The notes under the pieces: generated by a model
What the model was told of the DNA's origin: nothing
The model's input: only the letters and a program-made list of their open reading frames with translations
Databases searched by the model: none
Origin: Candidatus Rokuibacteriota bacterium
GTDB lineage: Bacteria > Methylomirabilota > Methylomirabilia > Rokubacteriales > CSP1-6
Direction: 5' to 3'
Length of the DNA: 21,346 bases
NCBI GenBank assembly: GCA_016184305.1
Contig: JACPCX010000088.1
Span: 1 to 21,346 of the forward strand
Program-made: the position numbers and the translations under genes
Part shown: positions 1 to 7,911 of the stretch, in pieces
How the letters are laid out: each line of letters starts with the position of its first letter
How positions within the stretch are numbered: the stretch's first letter is position 1

Positions 1-1
1 C

Positions 2-343
2 ATTCCAGGGGCCTCACCGGTCCTCCTGAACGCCATGGAAGCGCTGAGCCTCATCGGCAACACGATCGGCCAGATCCGCGCCCTCACATCCGCCGATGCC
101 GCCCGGCTCATGGCGAACCTGCGGCCCAAGCCCCAGCACACGGGAACTCCCGATTCGGCCCGCCGCGCCCTCATGGGCCAGCAGCAGGGGCAGGCCACGA
201 TGGACGCCGGCGTCGCCGAGCTCCGGGGGAATCGGGCGGGTGAGCGGCAGATCCTGGGCGGCGGCGAGAGCCTGCAGAAGCAGGTCCCGCTCATCCCGCA
301 GGTGCAGCCGCGTGGCCCCTCCTGCTCGGGGCCCTATTGCTGA
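2..343 (+). CDS. 3' part of a hypothetical protein, truncated by the window edge (possibly the tail of a FecR-type periplasmic protein)
   Basis: The frame is open from position 2 (IPGASPVLLNAMEALSLIGNTIGQIR...) to TGA 341-343 with GC3-rich codons. It converges on the TPR-barrel gene and ends ...CSGPYC. The FecR suggestion comes from neighbourhood and recollection only; no domain is visible here. Confidence 0.6.
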   Translation: MPGASPVLLNAMEALSLIGNTIGQIRALTSADAARLMANLRPKPQHTGTPDSARRALMGQQQGQATMDAGVAELRGNRAGERQILGGGESLQKQVPLIPQVQPRGPSCSGPYC

Positions 344-346
344 TCC

Positions 347-376
347 GGCCGGCCCCCGCGCCGCGAGGGGCGGGCC
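347..376. terminator. GC-rich imperfect hairpin between convergent stop codons
   Basis: ggccggcccccgcg (347-360) vs cgcgaggggcgggcc (362-376), with one mismatch and one bulge. It fills the 33-bp gap between convergent genes. No U-tract. Confidence 0.35.
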
Positions 377-1936
377 TCAGTACTGCCAGGAGAGGATCAG
401 CGAGACGATATTCCGGTTGAACGAGAAGAGCGGCAGGTTCGAGCGGCTCACGATGCCCTGATATTCGACGGCCAGAGTGAAGCTGGCCGGCAGGGGCTGC
501 TCGACACGGGCCACGTGGGTCTGCTCGGTGTCCACCCGCTCCCGCGTCCCCGGGTTGACCCGGGGCAGGATGCTGTGCGCGTGGGCGTAGTTCCGGTAGT
601 GCACGTCGACGTCGTACTTGAGCCGCGTCTTGCCCCACGGGAGCGTGTACTGAGCGCCGGCGAGGAGCCGGTGCCCGTGGTACTTGAAGTTCCGCCCGTC
701 AGCGTCCTCCACATCGAACTGGTAGCCGAGCCGTATCAGGTGTCGGTCCCCGGCGAAGCGCAGGACGTGCAGCATGCCCGCCATCCAGTTCTTCGCGTCG
801 CGGACCTCTTCCGGCAGGACGTTGGAGTCGTTGGAGAACTCCTTGGTCTGCAGGCGCAGCTGCAGCGCGGTCAGGTGGGTGGCGTCCTCCACCAGCATGG
901 CGTTCGCGGTGGCGGTGTGCCGCTGGAGGAACTCGTCGTCGTCGAGCGTCAGGTAGTCGTAGGCGTACTGAAGCCCCAGCTGGTAGGGCATGGGCCCCAC
1001 CGCGGCCCGGTAGAAGCCGGCGAGAGAGCCCAGGTGGTCCTGCACGTTGAAGCCCGGCAAGTCGTTGTACACGGTCTGGAAGAAGGAGTAGGAGACCGTG
1101 GCCTCCCACGGCCCGCTCCGGAGCCAGGCGTACTCGAGCCTCAGCCCGAAGATCTCGCCGACCGTGTCGCGCCGGTGGTGCCGCGCCGCCTCCGCGTCCG
1201 GATCGTGGCTCGGCTCCGGCTGCACGGGCGCATTGCTGTCATAGGTGAAGCCGGCGCGCAGCTCGGCGCGGAGGCGCCGCTCGCCCTCGCGGGCCGCCAG
1301 CACGGTGTCGCGGAAGCGCTCGGCGGGCCCGGTGAGCGGCGAGGCGGGTAGCGCCGTGAGGGCGGCCTCCACCTCGGTGGCGGCCTCGGCCCTCCGCCCG
1401 AGGCCCGCGAGCGCGAGCCCGGCGTAGAAGCGCGCGAGCTGCTGGATCCCGGGATCCGCCGAGGCCCCGGCACGCAGCGCCTCCAGCGCCCCCTGGTAGT
1501 TGCCCTGCCGGTAGCGGATGAAGCCCACGTAGTACCCGACGCCGTCGGTGCGCGGCTCCGCGTTGAACACGCGGGTGAGCGGGTCCTCCGCCCGGTCGTA
1601 CTGCCTCGCGGCGAAGTGGGCGACCCCAAGCTGGAACAGCACGGCGAGGTCGTCGGGCGCCTTGGCGCGTGCCTTCTCGAGGGGCGCGATCGCCGCCTCG
1701 GGCTTCTGCTGGGCCATGAGGACGAGGCCGGTGTAGTAGAGCCCTTCCAGGTTGTCGGGGTCCTGGGCCAGCGCCTCCCGCAGGCTCGCGAGCGCGTCGT
1801 CGTAGCGTCTGTCCTCGTAGGCGAGGATGGCCTGCGCCACGATGACGTCGGCTTCGGACTGCTGGGCGCGGGCGGGCGCCGCCACGAGCGCGAGGCCGGC
1901 GACGGCGAGGGCCACCACGAGGCAGGCGGAGGGCAT
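377..1936 (-). CDS. Exported tetratricopeptide-repeat protein with a C-terminal outer-membrane beta-barrel (Slam/DUF560-like architecture)
   Basis: Sec-type signal peptide (MPSACLVVALAVAGLALVAAPARA|QQ). About five TPR-like helical repeats (e.g. YEDRRYDDALASLREALAQDPDN, LFQLGVAHFAARQYDRAEDPLTRVFNAEP). Then about 290 aa of alternating amphipathic strands (LRAELRAGFTYDSN...) ending in a beta-signal-like IVSLILSWQY. ATG 1936 is preferred (AGGAGG at 1950-1955); the ORF track starts at 1984. Confidence 0.8.
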   Translation of the reverse strand: MPSACLVVALAVAGLALVAAPARAQQSEADVIVAQAILAYEDRRYDDALASLREALAQDPDNLEGLYYTGLVLMAQQKPEAAIAPLEKARAKAPDDLAVLFQLGVAHFAARQYDRAEDPLTRVFNAEPRTDGVGYYVGFIRYRQGNYQGALEALRAGASADPGIQQLARFYAGLALAGLGRRAEAATEVEAALTALPASPLTGPAERFRDTVLAAREGERRLRAELRAGFTYDSNAPVQPEPSHDPDAEAARHHRRDTVGEIFGLRLEYAWLRSGPWEATVSYSFFQTVYNDLPGFNVQDHLGSLAGFYRAAVGPMPYQLGLQYAYDYLTLDDDEFLQRHTATANAMLVEDATHLTALQLRLQTKEFSNDSNVLPEEVRDAKNWMAGMLHVLRFAGDRHLIRLGYQFDVEDADGRNFKYHGHRLLAGAQYTLPWGKTRLKYDVDVHYRNYAHAHSILPRVNPGTRERVDTEQTHVARVEQPLPASFTLAVEYQGIVSRSNLPLFSFNRNIVSLILSWQY

Positions 1937-2036
1937 CAGACCGCGGACCCCTCCTGTCCTTCGCTGTGTGCCTGGATAACCCATCAGGCTTCCCTTCTAG
2001 CAGAAGTGCGGCGGCGCTGTCCAGGGAAAGCGGCGG

Positions 2037-2414
2037 TCAGCCCCGCCCAAGCGCGCGCAGGTGGCGGACAAGCCCTTGCACTTGCTCCTCCGACAGGTGG
2101 AACCCGAAGGCCGGCATGCCGGGCATCCCGATCGTCGCTCCCCCGTTTCTGATCAGCGCGTGCAGGTACTCGTCGGACATGCCGTTCGTGACGCGCGGGT
2201 CGGCGAGGTTGCCCGGCCGGATCAGCAGGAGCGTCGCCCGCCAGGAGCCCTGACCGTTGGCCCCGTGGCAGCTGGCGCAGTGGGTGAGGTACAGGCGCTG
2301 GGCGGGCGTCGCCGTCCTCGGGATCGGGTGGGGCAGCACGAGCGAGGCCGCGAGGCTTCCGGCCGCCAGTAGCGCCGCCGGCCCCGCGATGATCAGGAGC
2401 CACTTCCGTTTCAT
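2037..2414 (-). CDS. Monoheme class I c-type cytochrome with N-terminal signal/anchor
   Basis: CASCH heme-binding motif in the context LYLTHCASCHGANGQG, a distal Met motif (MPGMPAF), a final helix LSEEQVQGLVRHLR, and a basic + hydrophobic N-terminus. Confidence 0.9.
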   Translation of the reverse strand: MKRKWLLIIAGPAALLAAGSLAASLVLPHPIPRTATPAQRLYLTHCASCHGANGQGSWRATLLLIRPGNLADPRVTNGMSDEYLHALIRNGGATIGMPGMPAFGFHLSEEQVQGLVRHLRALGRG

Positions 2415-2427
2415 CGGGATGAGCCTA

Positions 2428-3174
2428 TCATGCCGGCCGCTGCCGGGCGCCCGTGCCCAGCTCGAGTAGCGTCTGACTGAGCCGCGCGTCCTCGAGGAGC
2501 GCCGGGCCCGGGCCGGTCAGCGCCACCTGCCCGGCTTCCAGCAGATAGGCTCGCGTGGCGAGCCGCAAGAGCCGGCGGACGTGCTGCCCGGCTGCCAGGA
2601 TCGTGATCCCCTCCGAGGTGATGGCGTGGACAGCCTGGCAGAAGCGGTCGGTGACGCTGCGCGCGAGCCCGAGGAAGGGATCGTCGAGGCAGAGCAGGCG
2701 AGGCCGGGCCATGAGGCCGCGCGCCAGCGCCAGCATTTGCTGCTCGCCTCCCGAGAGCAGCCGCGCCGGCGCGCTGTGCTTGTCCTGCAGGATCGGGAAG
2801 AGGCGCAGGATGGTGCGCAGTGTCTCCTCGCGGCGCGCGCGGGGCCCCGGGAGGAAGGCGCCCAGTTCCAGGTTCTCCCTCACCGACAGCGGGCCGAAGA
2901 GGCGGCGCCCTTCGGGGATGAGGGTGAGGCCCCGGGCGGCGATGGCGTAGGGGGGCAGCCCGTCGATGCGCTCGCCGTCCAGGTTGATCTCCCCGCTCGT
3001 CACCGGCAGGAGGCCGGCGAGCGCGTTCAGCAGCGTGGACTTCCCGGCGCCGTTGGGGCCGACCAGCGCGACGAACTCGCCCGCGCGCACCTCCAGCGAG
3101 AGGCCGCGCAGCACGGTCAGATCGTCGTAGCCCGCGTGGACGTCCCGGACGGTCAGCAGGAGCGGGGCGCTCAC
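2428..3174 (-). CDS. livF: Branched-chain amino acid (HAAT)-type ABC transporter ATP-binding protein, LivF-like, with degenerate Walker B
   Basis: Walker A GPNGAGKST, LIPEGRRLF...LSVRENLELGA, signature LSGGEQQMLALARGLM, Walker B LLCLDDP. The symbol is family-level. Confidence 0.9.
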   Translation of the reverse strand: MSAPLLLTVRDVHAGYDDLTVLRGLSLEVRAGEFVALVGPNGAGKSTLLNALAGLLPVTSGEINLDGERIDGLPPYAIAARGLTLIPEGRRLFGPLSVRENLELGAFLPGPRARREETLRTILRLFPILQDKHSAPARLLSGGEQQMLALARGLMARPRLLCLDDPFLGLARSVTDRFCQAVHAITSEGITILAAGQHVRRLLRLATRAYLLEAGQVALTGPGPALLEDARLSQTLLELGTGARQRPA

Positions 3175-3175
3175 C

Positions 3176-3907
3176 CTAACGCTCCTCCTCGCCCAGATAG
3201 GCGGCGGCGACCCGTGGCGAGGCCAGCACGGCTGGCGGCGGCCCGTCCACCACGATCTGGCCCTGATCGAGGACGAGCATGCGGTCGGCCACCTGCGCGA
3301 GCAGGCCGAAGGAGTGCTCCACGGCGAAGATGGTCATGCCGCGCTCGCGCAGGCGGGCGTAGAAGAGCACCACCTCCTCGCGCCCCTTCGGCGACAGCCC
3401 CGAGGCCAGCTCGTCCAGCAGGAGCAGCGCCGGCCGGCTCGAGAGCGCCACGGCCAGCTCGAGCCGCTTCATCTCGCCGAGAGACAGGGCCGCGGCGCGC
3501 GCGCCGGCCTTGTCCGCGAGCCCGACGAGCCCCAGCAACCGCTCCGCCTCGGCGCGGCGGTCGGCCGCCCGCCGATAGCGGTGGCGGGTCCGGAAGGTCA
3601 CACCCACCAGGACGCTGTCGAGCACGCTGAGCCCCGCGAAGGGGCGCGGGATCTGGAAGGTGCGGCCGATGCCGAGCCGTCCGGCCACCCACGGCGGTCC
3701 GCCCGTGATGCGCTGCCCGCGGAACCACACCTCCCCCGAGGTGGGGCGCAGGAGCCCCCCGAGGACGTTGAAGAGCGTGGACTTCCCCGAGCCGTTGGGC
3801 CCGAGGAGCCCCACCACCTCGCGCTCCTCGATGGCCACGTCCACACCGCGGAGCGCGGAGAGTCCGCCGAAGGCCACGCTGACGCCGCGCCCCTCAAGGA
3901 TGGGCAC
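3176..3907 (-). CDS. livG: HAAT-type ABC transporter ATP-binding protein, LivG-like
   Basis: FGGLSAL, Walker A GPNGSGKST, GIGRTFQ, LSLGEMKRLELA, LLLLDE, VEH, C-terminal VAAAYLG. The symbol is family-level. Confidence 0.92.
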   Translation of the reverse strand: MPILEGRGVSVAFGGLSALRGVDVAIEEREVVGLLGPNGSGKSTLFNVLGGLLRPTSGEVWFRGQRITGGPPWVAGRLGIGRTFQIPRPFAGLSVLDSVLVGVTFRTRHRYRRAADRRAEAERLLGLVGLADKAGARAAALSLGEMKRLELAVALSSRPALLLLDELASGLSPKGREEVVLFYARLRERGMTIFAVEHSFGLLAQVADRMLVLDQGQIVVDGPPPAVLASPRVAAAYLGEEER

Positions 3908-4841
3908 GGCGCCCGCCCCTCCGGAGGCCGGCGAGGCCCCCGGGCAGATAGAGGATGACGGCGATGAGCGCCAGCGCGTAGCCGACCTGGTGCAGGGCGG
4001 GCAGGAGCGGGTGCAGCACGAGCTCGCTCAGCAGGTACAGCGCGATGGCGGCGGCGGCGGGGCCCAGGAGCGTGTGGAGCCCCCCGAAGGTGGCCATGAC
4101 CAGCGGCAGGATCGAGTAGTGGCGGCTGAAGACAAGATCGGGCTCCACCACGCGCACCACGTGGGCGTAGAGGCCGCCGCAGAGTGCGGTGACCAGACCC
4201 GAGAGCGCGAACGCGAGCAGCGTCCAGGGCAGGGGGCGCAGCCCCAGCAGGCTGGCACGCTCCTCCTCCTCGCGCAGCGCAGCGAAGGCCAGCCCCACGC
4301 GGCTCTGGCGAATCAGCGCGAAGAGCCCGAGTGCCGCGCCCAGCAGCGCCAGCGCGAGATAGTACGCCCCCGCCCGCCCCTCCGTGATCGGGCGGGGCAG
4401 CCAGGGGAGCACGGGCAGGGCGGGGATGCCGGCGAGACCCGCGCCGCCGCCCGTCACCTCGCTCCAACTGAGCGCGAGCCCGCGCAGGAGCTCGGCGCAG
4501 GCCAGAGTGCCCAGCGCGAGATAGGCGCCCCGGAGCCTGGTGGAGAGGAGCCCGACCCCCGCGGCGCCCGCGGCGCCCGCGAGCCCGCCGAGGGCGATGG
4601 CGGCCCACGGCGAGAGCCCGCCGAGAGAGGCCAGCGCCGCGCCGTAGGCACCCAGTCCGAAGAACGCGGCGTGCCCGAAGGAGATCGGCCCCGCATAGGC
4701 CAGCAGGTTCCACGCCGAGGCCACGGCGGCGAGAAGAAAAGCCGTGGAGAGCAGAAAAAGATAGTACGGGTGAAATCCAAGGGCCGGGGGCACGGCGGCG
4801 AGCACGCCCACGCCGAGGAGCGCCGCGAGCCCGCTGCGCAT
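3894..4841 (-). CDS. livM: HAAT-type ABC transporter permease, LivM-like
   Basis: Hydrophobic protein with AWNLLAYAGPISFGHAAFFGLGAY, RLRGAYLALGTL, TGGGAGL, GLAFAALREEEERA and FGGLHTLLGP. Its ATG at 4841 overlaps the livH stop (TGATG). The upstream part of the 588-aa track ORF is out-of-frame shadow of livH. Confidence 0.9.
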   Translation of the reverse strand: MRSGLAALLGVGVLAAVPPALGFHPYYLFLLSTAFLLAAVASAWNLLAYAGPISFGHAAFFGLGAYGAALASLGGLSPWAAIALGGLAGAAGAAGVGLLSTRLRGAYLALGTLACAELLRGLALSWSEVTGGGAGLAGIPALPVLPWLPRPITEGRAGAYYLALALLGAALGLFALIRQSRVGLAFAALREEEERASLLGLRPLPWTLLAFALSGLVTALCGGLYAHVVRVVEPDLVFSRHYSILPLVMATFGGLHTLLGPAAAAIALYLLSELVLHPLLPALHQVGYALALIAVILYLPGGLAGLRRGGRRAHP

Positions 4842-5710
4842 CAGTGCGCGTGCCCGCGGGCGAGGCCGCCCGAGCGGGCCAGGAGGGAGCCCAGCAGCAT
4901 GAGGGCCACGACAGGCTCGCGCCACCCCGGTCCCCACCCCGTGACCGTGAGCGCCTCGATCATCCCCAGGAGCAACCCGGCCAGCAGCACGCTCCTGAGG
5001 TGTCCGACGCCGGCCCAGATGCTGAGGACGATGGCCATGAGGGTCAGCTCCACGCCCGCCGCCGGGTGGACGTAGTGGAGCGTCGCGAAGAGGACGCCCG
5101 TGGCCCCCGAGAGCCCGAGCGCCAGGAGAAAGGTGCTGCGCCGGGCGCCGTCCACGTTGATGCCGACGAGCGCGGCGGCCTGGGGGTCGATGCTCGTGGC
5201 GCGGACGGCCTGGCCCCAGCGGTTGCGCGTGAGCGCGAGCCAGAGGAGCCCCACCACCGCGAGCGCCGCTGCCGCGGCCAGGACCCGGCCGCGATTGAGC
5301 GCGAGCGTGCCGAGCTGGAGGCTCGCGCCGAGGGTGCTCTCGGCGATCAACCGGTACTCGCCGCGCCAGATGGCGCGCATGACGGTCTGGAGCAGGAGCG
5401 ACAGCCCGAAGGTGAGCACCAGGCTCGAGAGCTCCTTCGGCTCCGGGGTGCGCTTCAGGAGCCACTCCCACATGAGCGCCGCCGGCGCGAGCGCCAGCGC
5501 AGCCACGGGGAGGAGCAGGACGGGGGAGAGCCCCGCCGCGGCCCAGAGCGAGTAGCCGACGTAGCCGCCGAGAACGACCAGATCGCCGTGGGCCAGGTTC
5601 AGCGACCGGCTCACCCCGAGGATCATCGAGAAGCCGAGAGCCATCAGCGCGTAGAAGCATCCCAGCAGGGCGCCGGAGACGAGGGCCTGGACGAGCGAGG
5701 CCAGCGACAG
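4841..5710 (-). CDS. livH: HAAT-type ABC transporter permease, LivH-like (probable CTG start)
   Basis: ALMALGFSMILGVSRSLNLAHGD and WGQAVRATSIDPQAAALVGINV motifs. The conserved first helix (LVQALVSGALLGCFYAL) lies upstream of the first ATG (5644). An in-frame CTG at 5708-5710 sits 8 nt after GAGGAG. Confidence 0.88.
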   Translation of the reverse strand: MSLASLVQALVSGALLGCFYALMALGFSMILGVSRSLNLAHGDLVVLGGYVGYSLWAAAGLSPVLLLPVAALALAPAALMWEWLLKRTPEPKELSSLVLTFGLSLLLQTVMRAIWRGEYRLIAESTLGASLQLGTLALNRGRVLAAAAALAVVGLLWLALTRNRWGQAVRATSIDPQAAALVGINVDGARRSTFLLALGLSGATGVLFATLHYVHPAAGVELTLMAIVLSIWAGVGHLRSVLLAGLLLGMIEALTVTGWGPGWREPVVALMLLGSLLARSGGLARGHAH

Positions 5711-5755
5711 GGTGGGAGCTCCTCGGGTGTCGTAGAATGGAAAACAGCCCTCCGG

Positions 5756-5784
5756 ATGGTAGCGTCCGGAAAACCGAAGGTCAA
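5756..5784 (-). promoter_or_regulatory. sigma70-type promoter for the livH-livM-livG-livF-cytochrome c operon
   Basis: Minus strand TTGACC (5779-5784), 17-nt spacer, TACCAT (5756-5761), ending about 45 nt upstream of the proposed start. It overlaps the inverted repeat tccggatg-gtag-cgtccgga (5751-5770). Confidence 0.6.
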
Positions 5785-5804
5785 GGAAAGTGCAGGGCGA
5801 TCTG

Positions 5805-6722
5805 ATGCCGAGACTCTACGTGGCGACGGTGGGGGACGGGCTGTTCAGGAGCGACGACCTCGGATCGAGCTGGACCAAGGAGCCGGGCCTCGCGCCAACG
5901 GCGCGGCTCTACTCCCTCTGCGCCGCATCGGGCGAGCTCCTGGTGGGCGGCGAGGGACGCATCTTCCGCTACGGCGAGCGCGCGTGGACCGAGCTCGCGC
6001 TGCCGGCGCCCGACACCCAGGTGTGGTCGCTCGCGGCGATGGATGGGGTCATCCTCGCCGGCACGCGGCCGCTGGGGCTCTTCCGCTCTGACGACGGCGG
6101 ACGCCGCTGGGAGTCCCTGTCCTTTGCTCTGCCTCCAGGCGAGCCGCAGCCTCACACGCCCCGCATCACCGCGCTGCTGCCGAGCCCCTGGGTGGCCGGC
6201 GAGGTGTGGGCGGGGGTAGAGGTCGGGGGCGTCTTCGCCAGCGCCGACGGTGGCCGGAGCTGGAGCGCGGCGAACGAGGACATCCCGTCGCTGGACGTCC
6301 ACGGGCTGGCCTGGTCCTCTGGCGGCATCCTGCTGGCGGCCACTCCTCGCGGTGTCGCCATGTGGCGGAGCGCGCGCTGGATGGAGGGCGTCTTCGAGCC
6401 CGGGGATCGCTACTGCCGCGCCCTGGCGACCCGCCCCGACAATCCCGGGATGCTCTACTGCGGCTTCGGCGATGGGCCGCCGGGCACGCGCGGGGAGATC
6501 GCGCTGTCCTCCGACGGGGGACGCTCCTGGCGCGCGTCGGGCATGCTGTCGGACACCGGCAGCACGATCTGGTCGGTGGCCACGGCGGCGGATGCGGCGG
6601 GCCTCGTGCTGGCGTGCTCCATCTCGGGGAAGGTGTTCGTGAGTCTCGACGGGTGCGCCTCCGCCAGGCCCATTCTCACGACGGGCTCCGAGACGCGCGC
6701 CGTCGCGTGCCTCGCCGAGTAG
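5805..6722 (+). CDS. Asp-box (BNR) repeat beta-propeller protein (YCF48/sialidase-like fold), no signal peptide
   Basis: Repeated SxDxGxxW motifs: FRSDDLGSSW, FRSDDGGRRW, FASADGGRSW, LSSDGGRSW, plus a degenerate VSLDG. Start at ATG 5805 (MPRLYVAT) or GTG 5790. Confidence 0.85.
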   Translation: MPRLYVATVGDGLFRSDDLGSSWTKEPGLAPTARLYSLCAASGELLVGGEGRIFRYGERAWTELALPAPDTQVWSLAAMDGVILAGTRPLGLFRSDDGGRRWESLSFALPPGEPQPHTPRITALLPSPWVAGEVWAGVEVGGVFASADGGRSWSAANEDIPSLDVHGLAWSSGGILLAATPRGVAMWRSARWMEGVFEPGDRYCRALATRPDNPGMLYCGFGDGPPGTRGEIALSSDGGRSWRASGMLSDTGSTIWSVATAADAAGLVLACSISGKVFVSLDGCASARPILTTGSETRAVACLAE

Positions 6723-6734
6723 GACCGCCGGCGG

Positions 6735-6755
6735 CCCGGGCGCTCAGCGCCCGGG
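6735..6755. terminator. Hairpin at the junction of convergent genes
   Basis: cccgggcgc-tca-gcgcccggg: a perfect 9-bp stem whose loop is the stop codon of the binding-protein gene. No U-tract. Confidence 0.4.
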
Positions 6756-7906
6756 GTAGACGGCGGGAGCCGCGGCGCGCTCCCTTGGATAGACAACGAC
6801 GTGACGGCCCCCCTGGATCTGGACGATCACGCGCTCGTAGAACAGCGGCTCGCCGCGCTCGTCGAACTTGACCCGTCCCAGCGGCGTCTCGAGATCCACC
6901 GCGGCCAGCGCGTCGCGGAGGCTCTCGCCCGTGATCGCCCTGCCCGCGCGCGCGAGTCCCTCCAGGGCGGCCAGAAGAGCGCGGGCGGCAGCATAGCCGT
7001 GCATGCTCAGCGGGACGGGCGGGCTCCCGAACCGCTTCGCGTAGGCGTCGATGAACGCCCGGGAGTCGGCGTCGCGGGCCAGGAGGTCGTGCCGTACAGC
7101 CCCTCGCTGGCCGGGCCGAGGTCGCGGATTACGTTCGGGAACTCCATGCCGAAGGCTCCCAGGAAGGCCCTGATCCGGATCCCCCCCTGCGTCATCTGGC
7201 GCACCAGGAGCAGGTGATCGGCGAAGAACGTGTCCGACAGGAGGACGTCGGCCCGCTGGTCGCGAACGCGCGCCAGGAGCGGGGTGAAGTCCGAGAGGCC
7301 GGGGCTGAACGGCTCGAAGACCACGACCCGGATCCCCGCGCGCTCGAAGAGGTCCTTCTGGCGGCGGGCGAGCTGCGAGGCCCCGGGCGTCTGCGAGTAC
7401 AGGATGGCCACGCGCTCGGCCTTGAAGATCTCCTGGACGATGCCCGTCGTCACCCGGACATAGGCGTTGAGGCTCGAGATGCGGAAGAAGTGGCGGTTGC
7501 CGCGCTGGGTGAGCCGCTCGTCGAGGGAGGCCGTGGCCAGATAGGGGACGCGGGCCCGATCGGCGACCTCCCCGATGGGCCCCACCAGGCTGTCCACGTA
7601 CCCGCCGATCAGCGCCACGGCCCGCTGGCGGCCCGTGAGCTCCTCGGCGGCCGCCAGCGCCCGCTCGGGTTTGCCCTCGTCGTCGCGGGAGATGAGCGAA
7701 ACGGGACGGCCGCCGATTCCGCCGCGCGCGTTCTGCTCCTCGACAGCGAGGACGATGCCCTGGTGGATGCTCTGCCCCTGGAGTGCCAAGGCGCCGGTGC
7801 GCGGGTTGATCTCCCCGATGACGAGGGGCTCGGCGGCCCGGGCGGGCCAGGCGCCCGCCGCGCCCAGGCCGACCAGAAGCGCCAGGGCGGCGACGAGGGG
7901 CCCCAT
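6744..7906 (-). pseudogene. HAAT-family (LivJ/LivK-like) ABC substrate-binding protein, frameshifted at about 7077
   Basis: Signal peptide, then VIGEINPRTGALA...GIVLAVEEQNARGGIGGRPVSLISRDDEGKP. After GTTSW the homologous sequence continues in another frame (RDADSRAFIDAYAKRFG...MHGYAAA...LETPLGRVKFDERG...IVQIQGG...VVYP) to TGA 6744. The span of 1163 nt is not a multiple of 3. May be an assembly error. Confidence 0.85.
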
Positions 7907-7911
7907 GACCG

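Noticed and set aside
1970..2030. Possible separate promoter for the TPR-barrel gene (TGGACA-N18-TAGAAG on the minus strand) and short inverted repeats
   Set aside because: Weak consensus match and short stems that are expected by chance at this GC content.
4842..5660. Apparent long N-terminal extension of livM (588-aa ORF); likewise the 572-aa (9037-10755) and 520-aa (12403-13965) ORFs
   Set aside because: The extensions are alternative frames of the upstream genes. True starts are at the stop/start overlaps (4841, 9891, 13725).
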